From NCBI GenBank assembly GCA_030698395.1, contig JAUYKW010000025.1:4179-68178 (forward strand): a stretch of 64,000 nt of DNA, in the 5' to 3' direction. Position numbers and translations under genes: made by a program. Under the pieces are notes generated by a model. The model saw nothing but the letters and a program-made list of their open reading frames with translations, was not told where the DNA came from and ran no database searches. The DNA comes from a bacterium. GTDB lineage: Bacteria; Patescibacteriota; Patescibacteriia; UBA9570. How positions within the stretch are numbered: the first letter of the stretch is position 1; each line of letters begins with the position of its first letter. Shown piece after piece: positions 40,054 through 50,410 of this stretch.

Positions 40054-40686
40054 CTATTTTCTCCTATGCGTACCTATCACAAAAAATATTACTGCCATAA
40101 AAATTATTGAGGGCACCACAATATAAGGTAAAGCTTTTCGCCAAAAAGGTCTTCCGGCTTTTTCAACATCTTTCTCCGTATATTCACCTTGATTGATTTT
40201 ATCAATCACAACTTTATCTTCTTTAGTATTAATAGATATTTCATAATCAATTTTCTTGCCATCACGAATTGCTAAATTAATATCTTCCAATAAATAAGAA
40301 AATTCTACATCTGCTTTATTATCTTTATAATACTTCGTTGTATCAACTGAAGATTCTAAAATATCTTTAGGAACTTTATCAGCTAATTTTTCTAAGTAAA
40401 ATTCTGGCTTATTTTTTTTATAATCCGTTTTCGAAAAAGATGCATATCCACATTCACCTTTATTACAACTATCCACTATTCTTTCAAAGTTCTTCTTTTT
40501 ATTCTTGGCGGTTCCTTCTAAAATGCGAGTTCTAACTACGTAGGATGAATTAACTTTTCTACCATTAACCTTTACTGTTAATACTGGTACATAATCAACT
40601 GATGTTGCAGAAACGCTAGACACACCAAATAAGGCAAGATTACTTACAATTATACCTATAGTTAATATCTGCAATGTTTTTTTCAT
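40054..40686 (-). CDS. Hypothetical exported protein with C-terminal TM anchor
   Basis: Signal peptide ending VSA, C-terminal hydrophobic helix followed by HRRK. Confidence 0.75.
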   Translation of the reverse strand: MKKTLQILTIGIIVSNLALFGVSSVSATSVDYVPVLTVKVNGRKVNSSYVVRTRILEGTAKNKKKNFERIVDSCNKGECGYASFSKTDYKKNKPEFYLEKLADKVPKDILESSVDTTKYYKDNKADVEFSYLLEDINLAIRDGKKIDYEISINTKEDKVVIDKINQGEYTEKDVEKAGRPFWRKALPYIVVPSIIFMAVIFFVIGTHRRK

Positions 40687-40764
40687 AATACTGGTTTAAT
40701 CCTGTTTATTTATTTTATTAAATTATTCATATCTTCTGAAGCAAGCTTGAAATTTGATTGCGCA

Positions 40765-41112
40765 TCATATTAGCAAACCAATCAAAAAACTGCAACTATT
40801 CATGAAAATCCCAGCAATTAGTGCTTGTAACCATTTTTTTCGAAAAATAATAGCCAAAATCAATCCTTCAACAAGTGCAATCATGATTTCTAACAAAATT
40901 AGTGTATCTGCCGGAGTACCCCAAGCAGTAGGATTTTTCATATACCAAAACCAAGTAATAGGATGTACAACAGCATTGATCAAAAATACAATAAAAAATA
41001 CTGATCTCTGCTTAATGATAAACCAAGCAATCGGCATTTCTATAATATTCGTAAGAACAAATGCTAACCAATAACTCATGTAATAGATATTACCCTCTTT
41101 TTGATAACTCAA
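40765..41112 (-). CDS. Small integral membrane protein
   Basis: Four hydrophobic segments; LT.IIE.P, N.V.HP, E..I..VE, N..SF..G pattern. Confidence 0.7.
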   Translation of the reverse strand: MSYQKEGNIYYMSYWLAFVLTNIIEMPIAWFIIKQRSVFFIVFLINAVVHPITWFWYMKNPTAWGTPADTLILLEIMIALVEGLILAIIFRKKWLQALIAGIFMNSCSFLIGLLI

Positions 41113-41276
41113 CCACTCTAGTGGTTTTAAACATACTGACGCAGTATCTCTACTGTTCGAATATTATATTAACGAATACCCTCAAAAGAGTAAAGATAAA
41201 ATTTTATATTTTCTGCTAATAACAAAAAACAGACTACAATTTACGCAGTCTGTTTAATTTTACTCTTTCTTAATCT

Positions 41277-41828
41277 CTATCTATGAAGTACTAGTGGCTC
41301 CTCCGGTTTATCAGTTGGATAAATAGTTATTTGTCCTTCAGTAGTTGTATCAACAGTTAATTTTCCTATTTCAGATGATAATTCCTCTGGAGTAGGCTCT
41401 TCCTCAGCAGCCATAGCAGCTCCTGTTGCTTCCCATGTGAAATTTGATAGTACTAGATTATAAACACCATCAGCTCCACTTTCTTCACTATAGTCTGATG
41501 TAATGTTTAAAGATCCGTTTGTTTCTACTTCCTGTGCTCCATTTGTTTCTTCTGCTCCTTCTTCATCTAAACCAGCAAGTTGTTCAGCCATTTCAGGTGA
41601 TAATTCAAGTGTTGTATCCCACTCATATTTACCATCAACAAAACTCATGCTAATAGAAGATGTTACACCTTCTTGACTGTCAGATTCTGTCCAAACTCCT
41701 GCATAAGGAACTCCCTGAGAAGTATCCGTAGTTGTTGTATCTGTTGTCTGGCCACAACTTGCTCCGATTAGCAATAAAACGCCCAAAACAGCTCCTAATC
41801 CACCCTTAATTAAAGTATTTCTTCGCAT
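41277..41828 (-). CDS. Acidic lipoprotein
   Basis: Lipobox-like LLIGASC after a hydrophobic signal. Confidence 0.78.
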   Translation of the reverse strand: MRRNTLIKGGLGAVLGVLLLIGASCGQTTDTTTTDTSQGVPYAGVWTESDSQEGVTSSISMSFVDGKYEWDTTLELSPEMAEQLAGLDEEGAEETNGAQEVETNGSLNITSDYSEESGADGVYNLVLSNFTWEATGAAMAAEEEPTPEELSSEIGKLTVDTTTEGQITIYPTDKPEEPLVLHR

Positions 41829-41881
41829 ATTTTATAGTTAATTTTTAATAGAAATAGTATATCATCTAATGTGCATTAAAG

Positions 41882-43003
41882 CTATATATTATCTACACCA
41901 ATCGCTTCTTTGATGGAGTTAAATCCATCACGCTTTAATAGCTCTACTAAACCTTGATTTATCTCTGAAATTGACTGTGGTCCCTGAAATATCATGCCAG
42001 TAATCAATTGGACCAATGATGCACCTAGCCTAATCTTTTTATAAGCGTCATCCGCTGTAAATACACCGCCTACACCAATAATTACATACTCACCATTGGT
42101 TTTTTTATAAATATATTTTATTAATTCGTTTGATAATTCTGCTACAGCCTTTCCACTAATACCTCCTTGCTCTGAAACATTGTCATCCCTAATAAAATAA
42201 TTATCTCTTTGCTTGGTTAAATTGGTGCAAATAAAACCGTCGATTTTATAATTTTTCACTAACATAAGTATCTCATCAATTTGCGGTCGGGAAATATCTG
42301 GTGAAAGTTTCAAGAAAATCGGTTTTGATTTTTTAACTTTATCAATTTTAACTAATAATTTCTCAAGAGAAATTGAATCGGTAAAAGGTTGGCCACCGAA
42401 TGTATTGGGGCAACTAATATTTATCGTATAATAAGCACCAATTTCAGAAAACTCTTCATACGCTTTTAAGTAATCATTTATTCCTGCATCTAGCCCCACG
42501 GTTTTTTCATTATTAGTTTTCGCGATACTTATTCCAATTGGAACACTAAATCTTTTATTTCTCAACCGGTTAGCAATAACTTCAGCACCATCATTCTTTA
42601 ATCCATAATATACAACTAAACTTTTGGACTTTATTAAACGCCACAGTCTTGGTTTCGGATTTCCGTCACACGCATCTCCTGTAATTGATCCAACTTCTAC
42701 AAAACCAAAACCTACTGGCGGTAAAATATTTGTAAGCTCAGCATTCTTGTCAAAACCAGCTGCTAAACCAATCGGATTAGAAAAATTAATTCCTAAAATC
42801 TCCTGCTTCAAAGATGGATGTGAGTAATAAAAAAGCAATTTTACAAAACGCCGCATTATTACATTAGTTCCAAAAAATTTTCCAAACACTAATATTCTAT
42901 CGTGAACCTTTTCTGGATCAATCTGAAAGAATATTGGCTTTAATATACCGATGTAAATAAATCTAATTATTATATTTCTTAGCTTGATTATCCTTTCCTT
43001 CAT
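41882..43003 (-). CDS. pyrD: Quinone-dependent dihydroorotate dehydrogenase (class 2)
   Basis: [51 protein letters not shown]. Confidence 0.96.
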   Translation of the reverse strand: MKERIIKLRNIIIRFIYIGILKPIFFQIDPEKVHDRILVFGKFFGTNVIMRRFVKLLFYYSHPSLKQEILGINFSNPIGLAAGFDKNAELTNILPPVGFGFVEVGSITGDACDGNPKPRLWRLIKSKSLVVYYGLKNDGAEVIANRLRNKRFSVPIGISIAKTNNEKTVGLDAGINDYLKAYEEFSEIGAYYTINISCPNTFGGQPFTDSISLEKLLVKIDKVKKSKPIFLKLSPDISRPQIDEILMLVKNYKIDGFICTNLTKQRDNYFIRDDNVSEQGGISGKAVAELSNELIKYIYKKTNGEYVIIGVGGVFTADDAYKKIRLGASLVQLITGMIFQGPQSISEINQGLVELLKRDGFNSIKEAIGVDNI

Positions 43004-43580
43004 TATTTTTTCTACTTGCCAACTCTTTAAGTATTTGTTGCCATGATACATCACGTTGTACCAGTAGCACAAGTAGGTGATATATAACGTCAGTGACCTC
43101 TTCAATTACACGTTTTTTTGATTCCTGTAATGCAGCCATTGTCACTTCTGATGATTCCTCAATAACTTTTGCACAAATTTCTTCTGTACCTGCATTAAAT
43201 AATGAAGCGGTATACGAACCAATTGGTAACTCAACCTTGCGATTTAATAGTAACTGAAACAGTTCATCTATAATGTTAGCAGTAGAATTACCAAAACATG
43301 ACATATTACCTGTATGACATACAGAACCAGCCGGCTTAACTTTTATCAATATAGCATCTTGATCACAATCTGGATTAATAGTTACAACATCTAAAACATT
43401 ACCGCTAACTTCACCTTTCATCCATAATCTTTCTTTGGATCGACTATAAAACCATACTTGCCCAGTTTCTATAGTTTTATCAAGAGCTATCTTATTCATA
43501 TATCCCAGCATTAACACTTCTCCAGTAATATCGTTCTGGATAATAGCTGGTATTAATCTTTTATTAAAATCTATATTCAT
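42963..43580 (-). CDS. hisIE: Bifunctional PR-AMP cyclohydrolase / PR-ATP pyrophosphatase
   Basis: [48 protein letters not shown]. Confidence 0.96.
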   Translation of the reverse strand: MNIDFNKRLIPAIIQNDITGEVLMLGYMNKIALDKTIETGQVWFYSRSKERLWMKGEVSGNVLDVVTINPDCDQDAILIKVKPAGSVCHTGNMSCFGNSTANIIDELFQLLLNRKVELPIGSYTASLFNAGTEEICAKVIEESSEVTMAALQESKKRVIEEVTDVIYHLLVLLVQRDVSWQQILKELASRKNNEGKDNQAKKYNN

Positions 43581-45061
43581 ATTCTTACTTTTATGTTATT
43601 AGCTAACAAATACTTTTTTAATCGCTGTATATCTATTCCTCTGGAATGAAACACACTAGCTGCTAAAGCTGCGTCCACATCGGTTCTACTAAAAACATCT
43701 AAGAAGTCTCCTGATTTTCCAACTCCACTTGATGCAATTATTGGAATATTTACAGCCGTGCTAATTGTTTGCATTAGCGCCAAATCGTATCCTTGCTTAG
43801 TGCCATCACGATCTAAAGAATTTACTAATAACTCACCCGCACCTAGACGCTCCATTTTTCTGGCAAATTTAATCGCATCTATACCCGTAGCCTCTCTACC
43901 ACCCTTTATATATATCTCCCAACTATCACCAACTTGTTTTGAGTCAATCGATATTACAATACACTGAGTACCAAATCTCTCTGCTGCTTGCTTCACAAAA
44001 TCCGAATTAGTTACAGCTGTAGATCCAATAGAAACTTTATCAGCACCAAATTTTAATAATCTGCCAATATCTTCAAGAATTCTAATGCCCCCTCCTACGG
44101 TAAATGGAATATTAATCTGTGCTGCCACTTTTTCTACCAACTCATATAGTGTTAATCGATTTTCAATCGTAGCTGTAATATCAAGGAACACCAATTCATC
44201 AGCGCCTTTGTTAGAATACAACTTGGCTAACTCCACTGGATCACCAGCATCTTGTAATTGTTTAAAGTTAATTCCTTTTACAACGCGTCCATCTGCAATA
44301 TCCATACAAGGAATGATTCTTTTAGTTAAATTACTCACAGCATCTTTCCTAAACGAATCAGCCTCAAGTTGAAACTGAGAAATTCTACCTTCATATATAG
44401 CTTTACCAATAATTACTCCATCCAAACCTGCTTGTTCGCATCTCTGGATATCTACATCATTTGCTACACCCCCGGCAATCATCACCTTCATGTTGCCAAT
44501 CTCCGCTCTGCGCACTAATTCTATATTTGGTCCTGCTAACATGCCGTCTTTTGATACGTCGGTAATTATCAACTCACGTACACCTAGCATATAAATTCTC
44601 TTAACGGCTTGATTTAGCGAAAGCTCTGAACTGTCCATCCATCCCTCAATAACTACTTCATCCTCCTTTATATCTAAAGATACAACTATTCTTTCAGCGC
44701 CGTATTTTTTAAGCAAGCGTGCAACTAACTCAGGCTGTTTGATTGCTGCTGTTCCAATTATTATCCGATCCACTCTATTATCAAGATACTGTTGAGCAGT
44801 CCGCAAATCACGAACACCACCTCCAACTTGCACTGGAATTGACAATATATCAACAATCTCACAAATTAGATCAGCATTTATTGATCGTCCGAGTCTAGCT
44901 CCATCTAAATCAATTATGTGAATCATTGTTGCACCTTGTTGTTCAAAACTCTTTGCTATTCGAATGGGATCATCAAAATATTTTTTCTTGCAATTATAAT
45001 TGCCTTGCGTTAATCGTACACATTTACCATCTATTAAATCTATTGCTGGAATTACTTTCAT
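43577..45061 (-). CDS. hisAF: Fused HisA-HisF (ProFAR isomerase + IGP synthase cyclase)
   Basis: N-half [25 protein letters not shown]; C-half [39 protein letters not shown]. Confidence 0.95.
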   Translation of the reverse strand: MKVIPAIDLIDGKCVRLTQGNYNCKKKYFDDPIRIAKSFEQQGATMIHIIDLDGARLGRSINADLICEIVDILSIPVQVGGGVRDLRTAQQYLDNRVDRIIIGTAAIKQPELVARLLKKYGAERIVVSLDIKEDEVVIEGWMDSSELSLNQAVKRIYMLGVRELIITDVSKDGMLAGPNIELVRRAEIGNMKVMIAGGVANDVDIQRCEQAGLDGVIIGKAIYEGRISQFQLEADSFRKDAVSNLTKRIIPCMDIADGRVVKGINFKQLQDAGDPVELAKLYSNKGADELVFLDITATIENRLTLYELVEKVAAQINIPFTVGGGIRILEDIGRLLKFGADKVSIGSTAVTNSDFVKQAAERFGTQCIVISIDSKQVGDSWEIYIKGGREATGIDAIKFARKMERLGAGELLVNSLDRDGTKQGYDLALMQTISTAVNIPIIASSGVGKSGDFLDVFSRTDVDAALAASVFHSRGIDIQRLKKYLLANNIKVRI

Positions 45062-45636
45062 AAATTTAGAAAATTATTTAATAACTGTTGCCCCACACTG
45101 CCAGATTTCTCGGGATGGAACTGAACCCCAAAATAATTATCTTGCTTAATTACTGCTGAGAAATGCTTACCATATAATGTTGATCCTATTGTTTTGCTAA
45201 TTACCGGAACATAATATGAATGTACAAAATAGAAATAGCTTTTATTTGGTATATCAGAAAACAACGGATCATCATTTATTTCTGCTACAACATTCCAGCC
45301 AATCTGCGGCACCTTTAAGCTAGTAAATTTTTTAGTACTTCCTTTTATAATACCCAAACATTCAATCTCATCTTCAGCTGAAGATTGCATTAATAATTGC
45401 ATACCCAAACAAATTCCAAGTAATGGCTGTTTCAATTCACGAATAACCCAAACTAAATCTAGCTCCTGCAATTCTTTCATAGCTGGCTTAGCACGACCGA
45501 CTCCTGGCAGAATTACTTTGTCTGCTTGCCGGATGCTGTCCGGATCAGCGGTAATAATGTACTGCTGACCCAGACGATCCAATGCTGCTGACAACGAAGC
45601 AATGTTTCCTGATTTATAGTCTATAATTGCAATCAT
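45058..45636 (-). CDS. hisH: IGP synthase glutaminase subunit
   Basis: IIDY.SGN, LPGVG, LGICLGMQ, YFVHSY, QFHPEKSG. Confidence 0.97.
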   Translation of the reverse strand: MIAIIDYKSGNIASLSAALDRLGQQYIITADPDSIRQADKVILPGVGRAKPAMKELQELDLVWVIRELKQPLLGICLGMQLLMQSSAEDEIECLGIIKGSTKKFTSLKVPQIGWNVVAEINDDPLFSDIPNKSYFYFVHSYYVPVISKTIGSTLYGKHFSAVIKQDNYFGVQFHPEKSGSVGQQLLNNFLNL

Positions 45637-45665
45637 ATTTTCATGGTACGGTCAATCGACCGCAC

Positions 45666-46259
45666 TTACAGTTTATTTTTAGTTGAAGGTAACTGATTTT
45701 TAGCTCGTTCTTCTATTTCACAAGCTTCACGCAAAGCTCGAGCAAACGATTTAAAGATAGCTTCTAATCTATGATGTTCATTCCTGCCAGAATTCAAAAA
45801 CTGAATGTGTAAATTCATTTTTGCCTCGAGCGCAACTTGTTGCATAAAATGCCATAACATTTCAGTTGGAAAATCATTAACTTTTTCTCGCACTGGCTGA
45901 TAATTATCTTCATAAGCAAATCTTCCTGCCAAATCCACTGCTGTTAAACACAATACCTCGTCCATCGGCAATATTTGAGAGCCATAACGCTTAATGCCCT
46001 TCTTATTGCCAATTGCTTTATTAATTGCTTGTCCTAACACTATTCCAACGTCCTCAATAATGTGATGATCATCATACTCAACATCTCCTGTTGCCTTAAT
46101 AGTCAGGTCAAATAAGCCATGCTTGGAGAATAGCTCTAACATATGGTTAAAAAAACCAATCGGTGTATCTATTTGATATTTTCCGATGCCATCTAAATCC
46201 AACTCCAATTTAATTTGGGTTTCTTTAGTGGTGCGTTCAATTTTTGCTGTTCTGCTCAT
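45666..46259 (-). CDS. hisB: Imidazoleglycerol-phosphate dehydratase
   Basis: RTTKET.I, GFFNHML, DDHH..ED, PMDE, NEHH..EAIFK. Confidence 0.97.
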   Translation of the reverse strand: MSRTAKIERTTKETQIKLELDLDGIGKYQIDTPIGFFNHMLELFSKHGLFDLTIKATGDVEYDDHHIIEDVGIVLGQAINKAIGNKKGIKRYGSQILPMDEVLCLTAVDLAGRFAYEDNYQPVREKVNDFPTEMLWHFMQQVALEAKMNLHIQFLNSGRNEHHRLEAIFKSFARALREACEIEERAKNQLPSTKNKL

Positions 46260-46741
46260 AGTGGTAATCTATTTATATTCATAGGTGAGTTGGTTTCTGT
46301 TTTAATAAATTTTATTTTTAAGTTTTTAGCAAACTCTCCATCCGATTCCCGATCACCATACATGAATGATCTTTCTTCATCGATCTCATTGTCCTTTATC
46401 CATTCTTCCACCAAACCAAGCTTTGGCTTTCTACAAACACAACTATCTCTGAGGAAGTGCGGACATATAAATATCTCTGCAAATTCAATTTTATTCTCTA
46501 AAAAAATTTCCAACATTCTATTTTGCGGAACCAAAAATTTTTCTTCTGGAAATGAATCAGTACCTCTACCATCTTGATTTGATATCATCACTAACTTAAA
46601 TCCAACCGTAATTAATTTCTGCAATCCATCAATTACACCATTTAAAATTTTTAGCTTTTTCAAACTATCAATTTGATAATCATCTTGGGGTTCAAAAATC
46701 AATGCTCCATCTCGATCTAAAAATGCATATGCTTGTTTCAT
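46256..46741 (-). CDS. Histidinol-phosphatase (HAD, HisB-N type)
   Basis: FLDRDG.LI.EP..DYQIDSL, SNQDG.GT.SFP, CPH...C.CRKPK, GDR.SD. Confidence 0.92.
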   Translation of the reverse strand: MKQAYAFLDRDGALIFEPQDDYQIDSLKKLKILNGVIDGLQKLITVGFKLVMISNQDGRGTDSFPEEKFLVPQNRMLEIFLENKIEFAEIFICPHFLRDSCVCRKPKLGLVEEWIKDNEIDEERSFMYGDRESDGEFAKNLKIKFIKTETNSPMNINRLPL

Positions 46742-47796
46742 AATATTTTCTCTTTATATATTTCAATAAATTTTGTCATTTGTTCTTTAGTACCTATCGT
46801 CACTCGTAATGTACTATCAATGTTTACGCCTTTTCGTGGACGAATGAGAAATCCATATTTTTTGAGTTTCTCAAACGTCTCCATGGGATTGTTTGGCCGA
46901 AATAATATAAAGTTACCAGCACTCTGATGCCACTGAATCTTATTTTTTGTAAAGAACTGTTCTACCATTAGCTTGGCTTCTGTCATAACTTCCTGCACAT
47001 ACGCTTTAACATTATCTATATCATCCAGCGCAGCTCGAGCCGCATAATAACCAGCCATATTCACATCATATGGCCCTCGCACCTTTATTAGTTCAGCAAC
47101 ATTTTCACAGTTTCCAACCACATAGCCGATACGCAAACCCCCTAAACCAAAGGCTTTTGAAAAAGTTCGTACACAAATAATGTTCGGGTATTTTTTTGTT
47201 AATTCTATAGCAGAAACTCCAGAAAATTCTGCGTATACTTCATCAACCAATACCATTGTTTGAGGATTAGCTAAAACAATTTCTTCAATCTGCTGTATAG
47301 AAGCTAATGAACCAGTTGGATTATTAGGATTGCAAATAACGATTAATGCAGTATCATTATTAATTTTATTAATAATTTCTTTTACAGGAAATGATAAATC
47401 TTTTCGATAAGGTATTTCAATAATTTTATTACCAACAACACCAGCACATTGATAAAACATTGCGAAGCTAGGAGATGGAATTATTACTTGATCACCCTTT
47501 TCTGTATATGTTCGAAATATCAATTCAATCCCTTGATCTGCTCCATTTGTAAGCATCACCATTTCGTTTTCCACGCCAATATACTCTGCGATCTTTTCTT
47601 CTAGATCAAAGTATTCAGGATACACTTGTAATTTATCCTGAGACACAAATTTCTTTAGCGCTTCTATTACAGCATCACTTGGCGAGATAGTGCGCTCATT
47701 GAAATCCAATAACACTCCATCATAAGCCGCCCTACCAGCCAACGGTGGTTGGTAGGGTTTTATCTTTTGAATATTTTTATTAGCTAGATTTTTCAT
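46738..47796 (-). CDS. hisC: Histidinol-phosphate aminotransferase
   Basis: LDFNE, NGADQGI, CNPNNPTG, DEVYAEF, RTFSKAFGL.GLRIGY. Confidence 0.95.
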   Translation of the reverse strand: MKNLANKNIQKIKPYQPPLAGRAAYDGVLLDFNERTISPSDAVIEALKKFVSQDKLQVYPEYFDLEEKIAEYIGVENEMVMLTNGADQGIELIFRTYTEKGDQVIIPSPSFAMFYQCAGVVGNKIIEIPYRKDLSFPVKEIINKINNDTALIVICNPNNPTGSLASIQQIEEIVLANPQTMVLVDEVYAEFSGVSAIELTKKYPNIICVRTFSKAFGLGGLRIGYVVGNCENVAELIKVRGPYDVNMAGYYAARAALDDIDNVKAYVQEVMTEAKLMVEQFFTKNKIQWHQSAGNFILFRPNNPMETFEKLKKYGFLIRPRKGVNIDSTLRVTIGTKEQMTKFIEIYKEKIL

Positions 47797-47803
47797 AATG
47801 TTA

Positions 47804-49105
47804 TTAATTATTTTCGAAACGAACTGAGCATGAATATTTATGTGCTGGCAATTGTTCAACCTCTGCAAATATTTCAATGCTCTGCCGAATTTCTGTAAGT
47901 CCTTTTACTGTAACTTGTTGATACTCAACTGCCTTCATAAAATCGTATATTGATAAGCTAGAAAACATTTTAGCAGCTCCACCTGTTGGCAACACATGAT
48001 TTGCACCAGTCGCATAATCTCCAGCAGATTTACAAGCATACTCTCCAATAAACACTGAACCTGCATTAGTAACTTGTTCTGCTATATTGGATGCATCTTT
48101 TGTTGATATTAAAATATGTTCCGCAGCGTATTCATTTGCAAATTCAAGTGCCTTTTTCATGTTTTTTGCAACTATAATTGCTCCAAATTTCTCTAAAGAT
48201 TCCTTTATTCTTTGCTGAGTAGTAAACCGAGGTATTATTCGCTCTAATTCCTCAGCAACTTGCTCTGCCAAAACTGAAGATGTTGTTACTAACACAGCCG
48301 CAGAGTCATTACCATGTTCAGCATCACAAACTAAGTCTGCGGCTACATACTTCGGATTCGCTGTTTCATCAGCTAATACCAATACTTCTGATGGACCAGC
48401 TGGTGAATCAATAGCAACCTCACCGTTCGCTGCAGCTAATTGCTTTGCAGCGACGACATATGTATTTCCGGGGCCAAATATCTTATACACCTTAGGCATG
48501 CTCTCAGTTCCATAAATTAATGCTGCAATAGCTTGGGCCCCTCCAATTTTATATATCTCTTTCACTCCGACCAAATCTGCCGCCACTAAAACATACGGAG
48601 ATATCGAGCCATCATTTTGAGGTGGAGTAGTCATCACTATCTGTTTGCAATCCGCCACTTTTGCTGGAATGGCATTCATCAACACTGATGATGGATATAC
48701 CGCATTACCGCCCGGTACGTATAAACCAACTTTTTCAATTGGTTTCCATTCCTGCCAAACAGTTATACCGCTACGAGGCATAACAGTAGTATGTTTCATT
48801 TGTAATAACTGCTGTTCAGCAACTCCTCTGATATTACGACTAGCTACTTCCAGTGCTTTTAAAAAATCCGCATTAACTAGTTCATATGCTATTTTTATTT
48901 CCTTATCACTTACTCGAAAATTTGAAATATCAATGTTATCAAAATCTTTTGTATATTTCCTTAAAGCTTGATCACCATCACGCTTAACATTATCTAAAAT
49001 ATCTTGCACGACTGACAATACAGAATCATAACTAAATCTACTTCGCTGCATAATAACTTGATAGCGATCGGATTTTATAAATTGGTCAAAAGTTTGTACT
49101 TTCAT
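47804..49105 (-). CDS. hisD: Histidinol dehydrogenase
   Basis: VGLYVPGG, GGAQAIAAL.YGTES, GPGN.YV, PAGPSE, AEH, GDYATG.NHVLPT. Confidence 0.98.
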   Translation of the reverse strand: MKVQTFDQFIKSDRYQVIMQRSRFSYDSVLSVVQDILDNVKRDGDQALRKYTKDFDNIDISNFRVSDKEIKIAYELVNADFLKALEVASRNIRGVAEQQLLQMKHTTVMPRSGITVWQEWKPIEKVGLYVPGGNAVYPSSVLMNAIPAKVADCKQIVMTTPPQNDGSISPYVLVAADLVGVKEIYKIGGAQAIAALIYGTESMPKVYKIFGPGNTYVVAAKQLAAANGEVAIDSPAGPSEVLVLADETANPKYVAADLVCDAEHGNDSAAVLVTTSSVLAEQVAEELERIIPRFTTQQRIKESLEKFGAIIVAKNMKKALEFANEYAAEHILISTKDASNIAEQVTNAGSVFIGEYACKSAGDYATGANHVLPTGGAAKMFSSLSIYDFMKAVEYQQVTVKGLTEIRQSIEIFAEVEQLPAHKYSCSVRFENN

Positions 49106-49719
49106 AAATCTATATTGACGGAGTTCATTGGACTTCTCACTAATACTGCCTGAGATTGCATGACTGTGACTATTGGACGCAACTGGTGCGCTTGTAACGT
49201 TTTACCAGTCTGTACCAAATCACATACTGCATCTGCAACACCAAGTTGAGGTGCCACTTCTACCGATCCCTCCATTTTTATTATTTCTACTTTAACACCC
49301 AATCTATCTAAAAAAGTCTGCAACAACCTCGGATATGACGTTGCTATTCGCTTCCCCCTGAGATTTATTGCGCTTTTAAACTTGGAGTGTTCGGGTACGG
49401 CAATCAATAGTTCGCATTTTCCAAAACCAAGTTTCTTAACCACCTGTAAAGGACTGGCTTTTTCATATAAAACATTCTCGCCAACTATGCCAAAATCAGC
49501 AGCGCCTCGCAATACATATTCAGGAATATCATCGTCGCGTAGAAATAATACTTGCGCCCCTGTATTATCACAGCTAGCTATCAACTTAATCTGCTCACTG
49601 TTAACACTAATGCCTAAAGTACGAAGTATTTTTTCGCTGGGCTGACGCAATCTGCCCTTCCGTTGTATAGCAATTGTCATTGTTGATTCAATTGTTTTAA
49701 TTTGTGGTAAATAATTCAT
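49102..49719 (-). CDS. hisG: ATP phosphoribosyltransferase lacking the C-terminal regulatory domain
   Basis: IAIQ.KGRL, RDDDIP.YV..G.AD.GIVG, RIATSYP, GSVEVAP.LG.AD.VCDLV.TG.TL; only 205 aa. Confidence 0.95.
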   Translation of the reverse strand: MNYLPQIKTIESTMTIAIQRKGRLRQPSEKILRTLGISVNSEQIKLIASCDNTGAQVLFLRDDDIPEYVLRGAADFGIVGENVLYEKASPLQVVKKLGFGKCELLIAVPEHSKFKSAINLRGKRIATSYPRLLQTFLDRLGVKVEIIKMEGSVEVAPQLGVADAVCDLVQTGKTLQAHQLRPIVTVMQSQAVLVRSPMNSVNIDL

Positions 49720-49734
49720 AAATAATTTTTTATT

Positions 49735-49760
49735 AAAAAATCCCGCTATTCTGCGGGATG
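49735..49760 (-). terminator. Terminator-like hairpin between the regulator and hisG
   Basis: Minus strand ATCCCGC-agaata-GCGGGAT followed by TTTTT. Confidence 0.6.
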
Positions 49761-49785
49761 GGGTGAATACAAATTCTGTTGTGCT

Positions 49786-50076
49786 TTAGGATTTCATTCT
49801 ATCCAGCACTAACTTGTACCCACCCATACCATGATGCAAATACTGCGCAACTCGAGTTATTGTAGCTGTGCTAACACTAGTTGCTTTACTGATGTCTCGA
49901 TAAGTTTTTTTTGCATTAACCTGTTTTGCAACCTGAAATCTCTCACTCATTGCATCCAATTCAGACAATGTGCAAAGATCACGTAAAAAACGTTTACATT
50001 CATCAGATGTTTTTACTTGAAGAAAAGCTTTATATAAATCCTTCATCTCTTTATTGTTCAACTGTGGTTCAATCAT
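49786..50076 (-). CDS. TrpR-like YerC/YecD repressor (HisR-type)
   Basis: EC.RFL.DLCT..E..AM.ERF.VA, TYR.I....VSTATITRV...L..G.GGY; first gene of the his operon. Confidence 0.92.
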   Translation of the reverse strand: MIEPQLNNKEMKDLYKAFLQVKTSDECKRFLRDLCTLSELDAMSERFQVAKQVNAKKTYRDISKATSVSTATITRVAQYLHHGMGGYKLVLDRMKS

Positions 50077-50090
50077 ATACTTTAATTATT

Positions 50091-50145
50091 TGTATTAGCG
50101 TATTAAAACACTACTACATAGTATCAGATAGAATATTTATGTCAA
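50091..50145 (-). promoter_or_regulatory. his operon promoter and candidate operator
   Basis: TTGACA-16 nt-TACTAT (50145-50118); imperfect 20-bp palindrome TGTATTA-N6-TAAAACA (50091-50110). Confidence 0.6.
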
Positions 50146-50185
50146 GTAGCTTGCCATATTTAGCTAAACATAGCAAAATAAAACT

Positions 50186-50410
50186 ATGTTTAAAGTAATT
50201 GGTATTCTCGGCCTAATTTTTATTATTGCTGGCATTGTATTAAAAAGCAGGCAATCTAGAAATATTGTTTATATTATTGGTGGTATTTGTTTAACAATTT
50301 ATAGCATTGCAATCAACGATATTATTTTTATCGTCTTGCAAGTTGTTTTCACAGGTGTAACAATCTTTGACCTTATTTGGTCAGCGAAAAAAAATAAAAT
50401 TAAAAGCTAA
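50186..50410 (+). CDS. Small three-TM membrane protein
   Basis: IGILGLIFII.G, GGICL.IYSI..NDIIFIVLQ. Confidence 0.75.
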   Translation: MFKVIGILGLIFIIAGIVLKSRQSRNIVYIIGGICLTIYSIAINDIIFIVLQVVFTGVTIFDLIWSAKKNKIKS

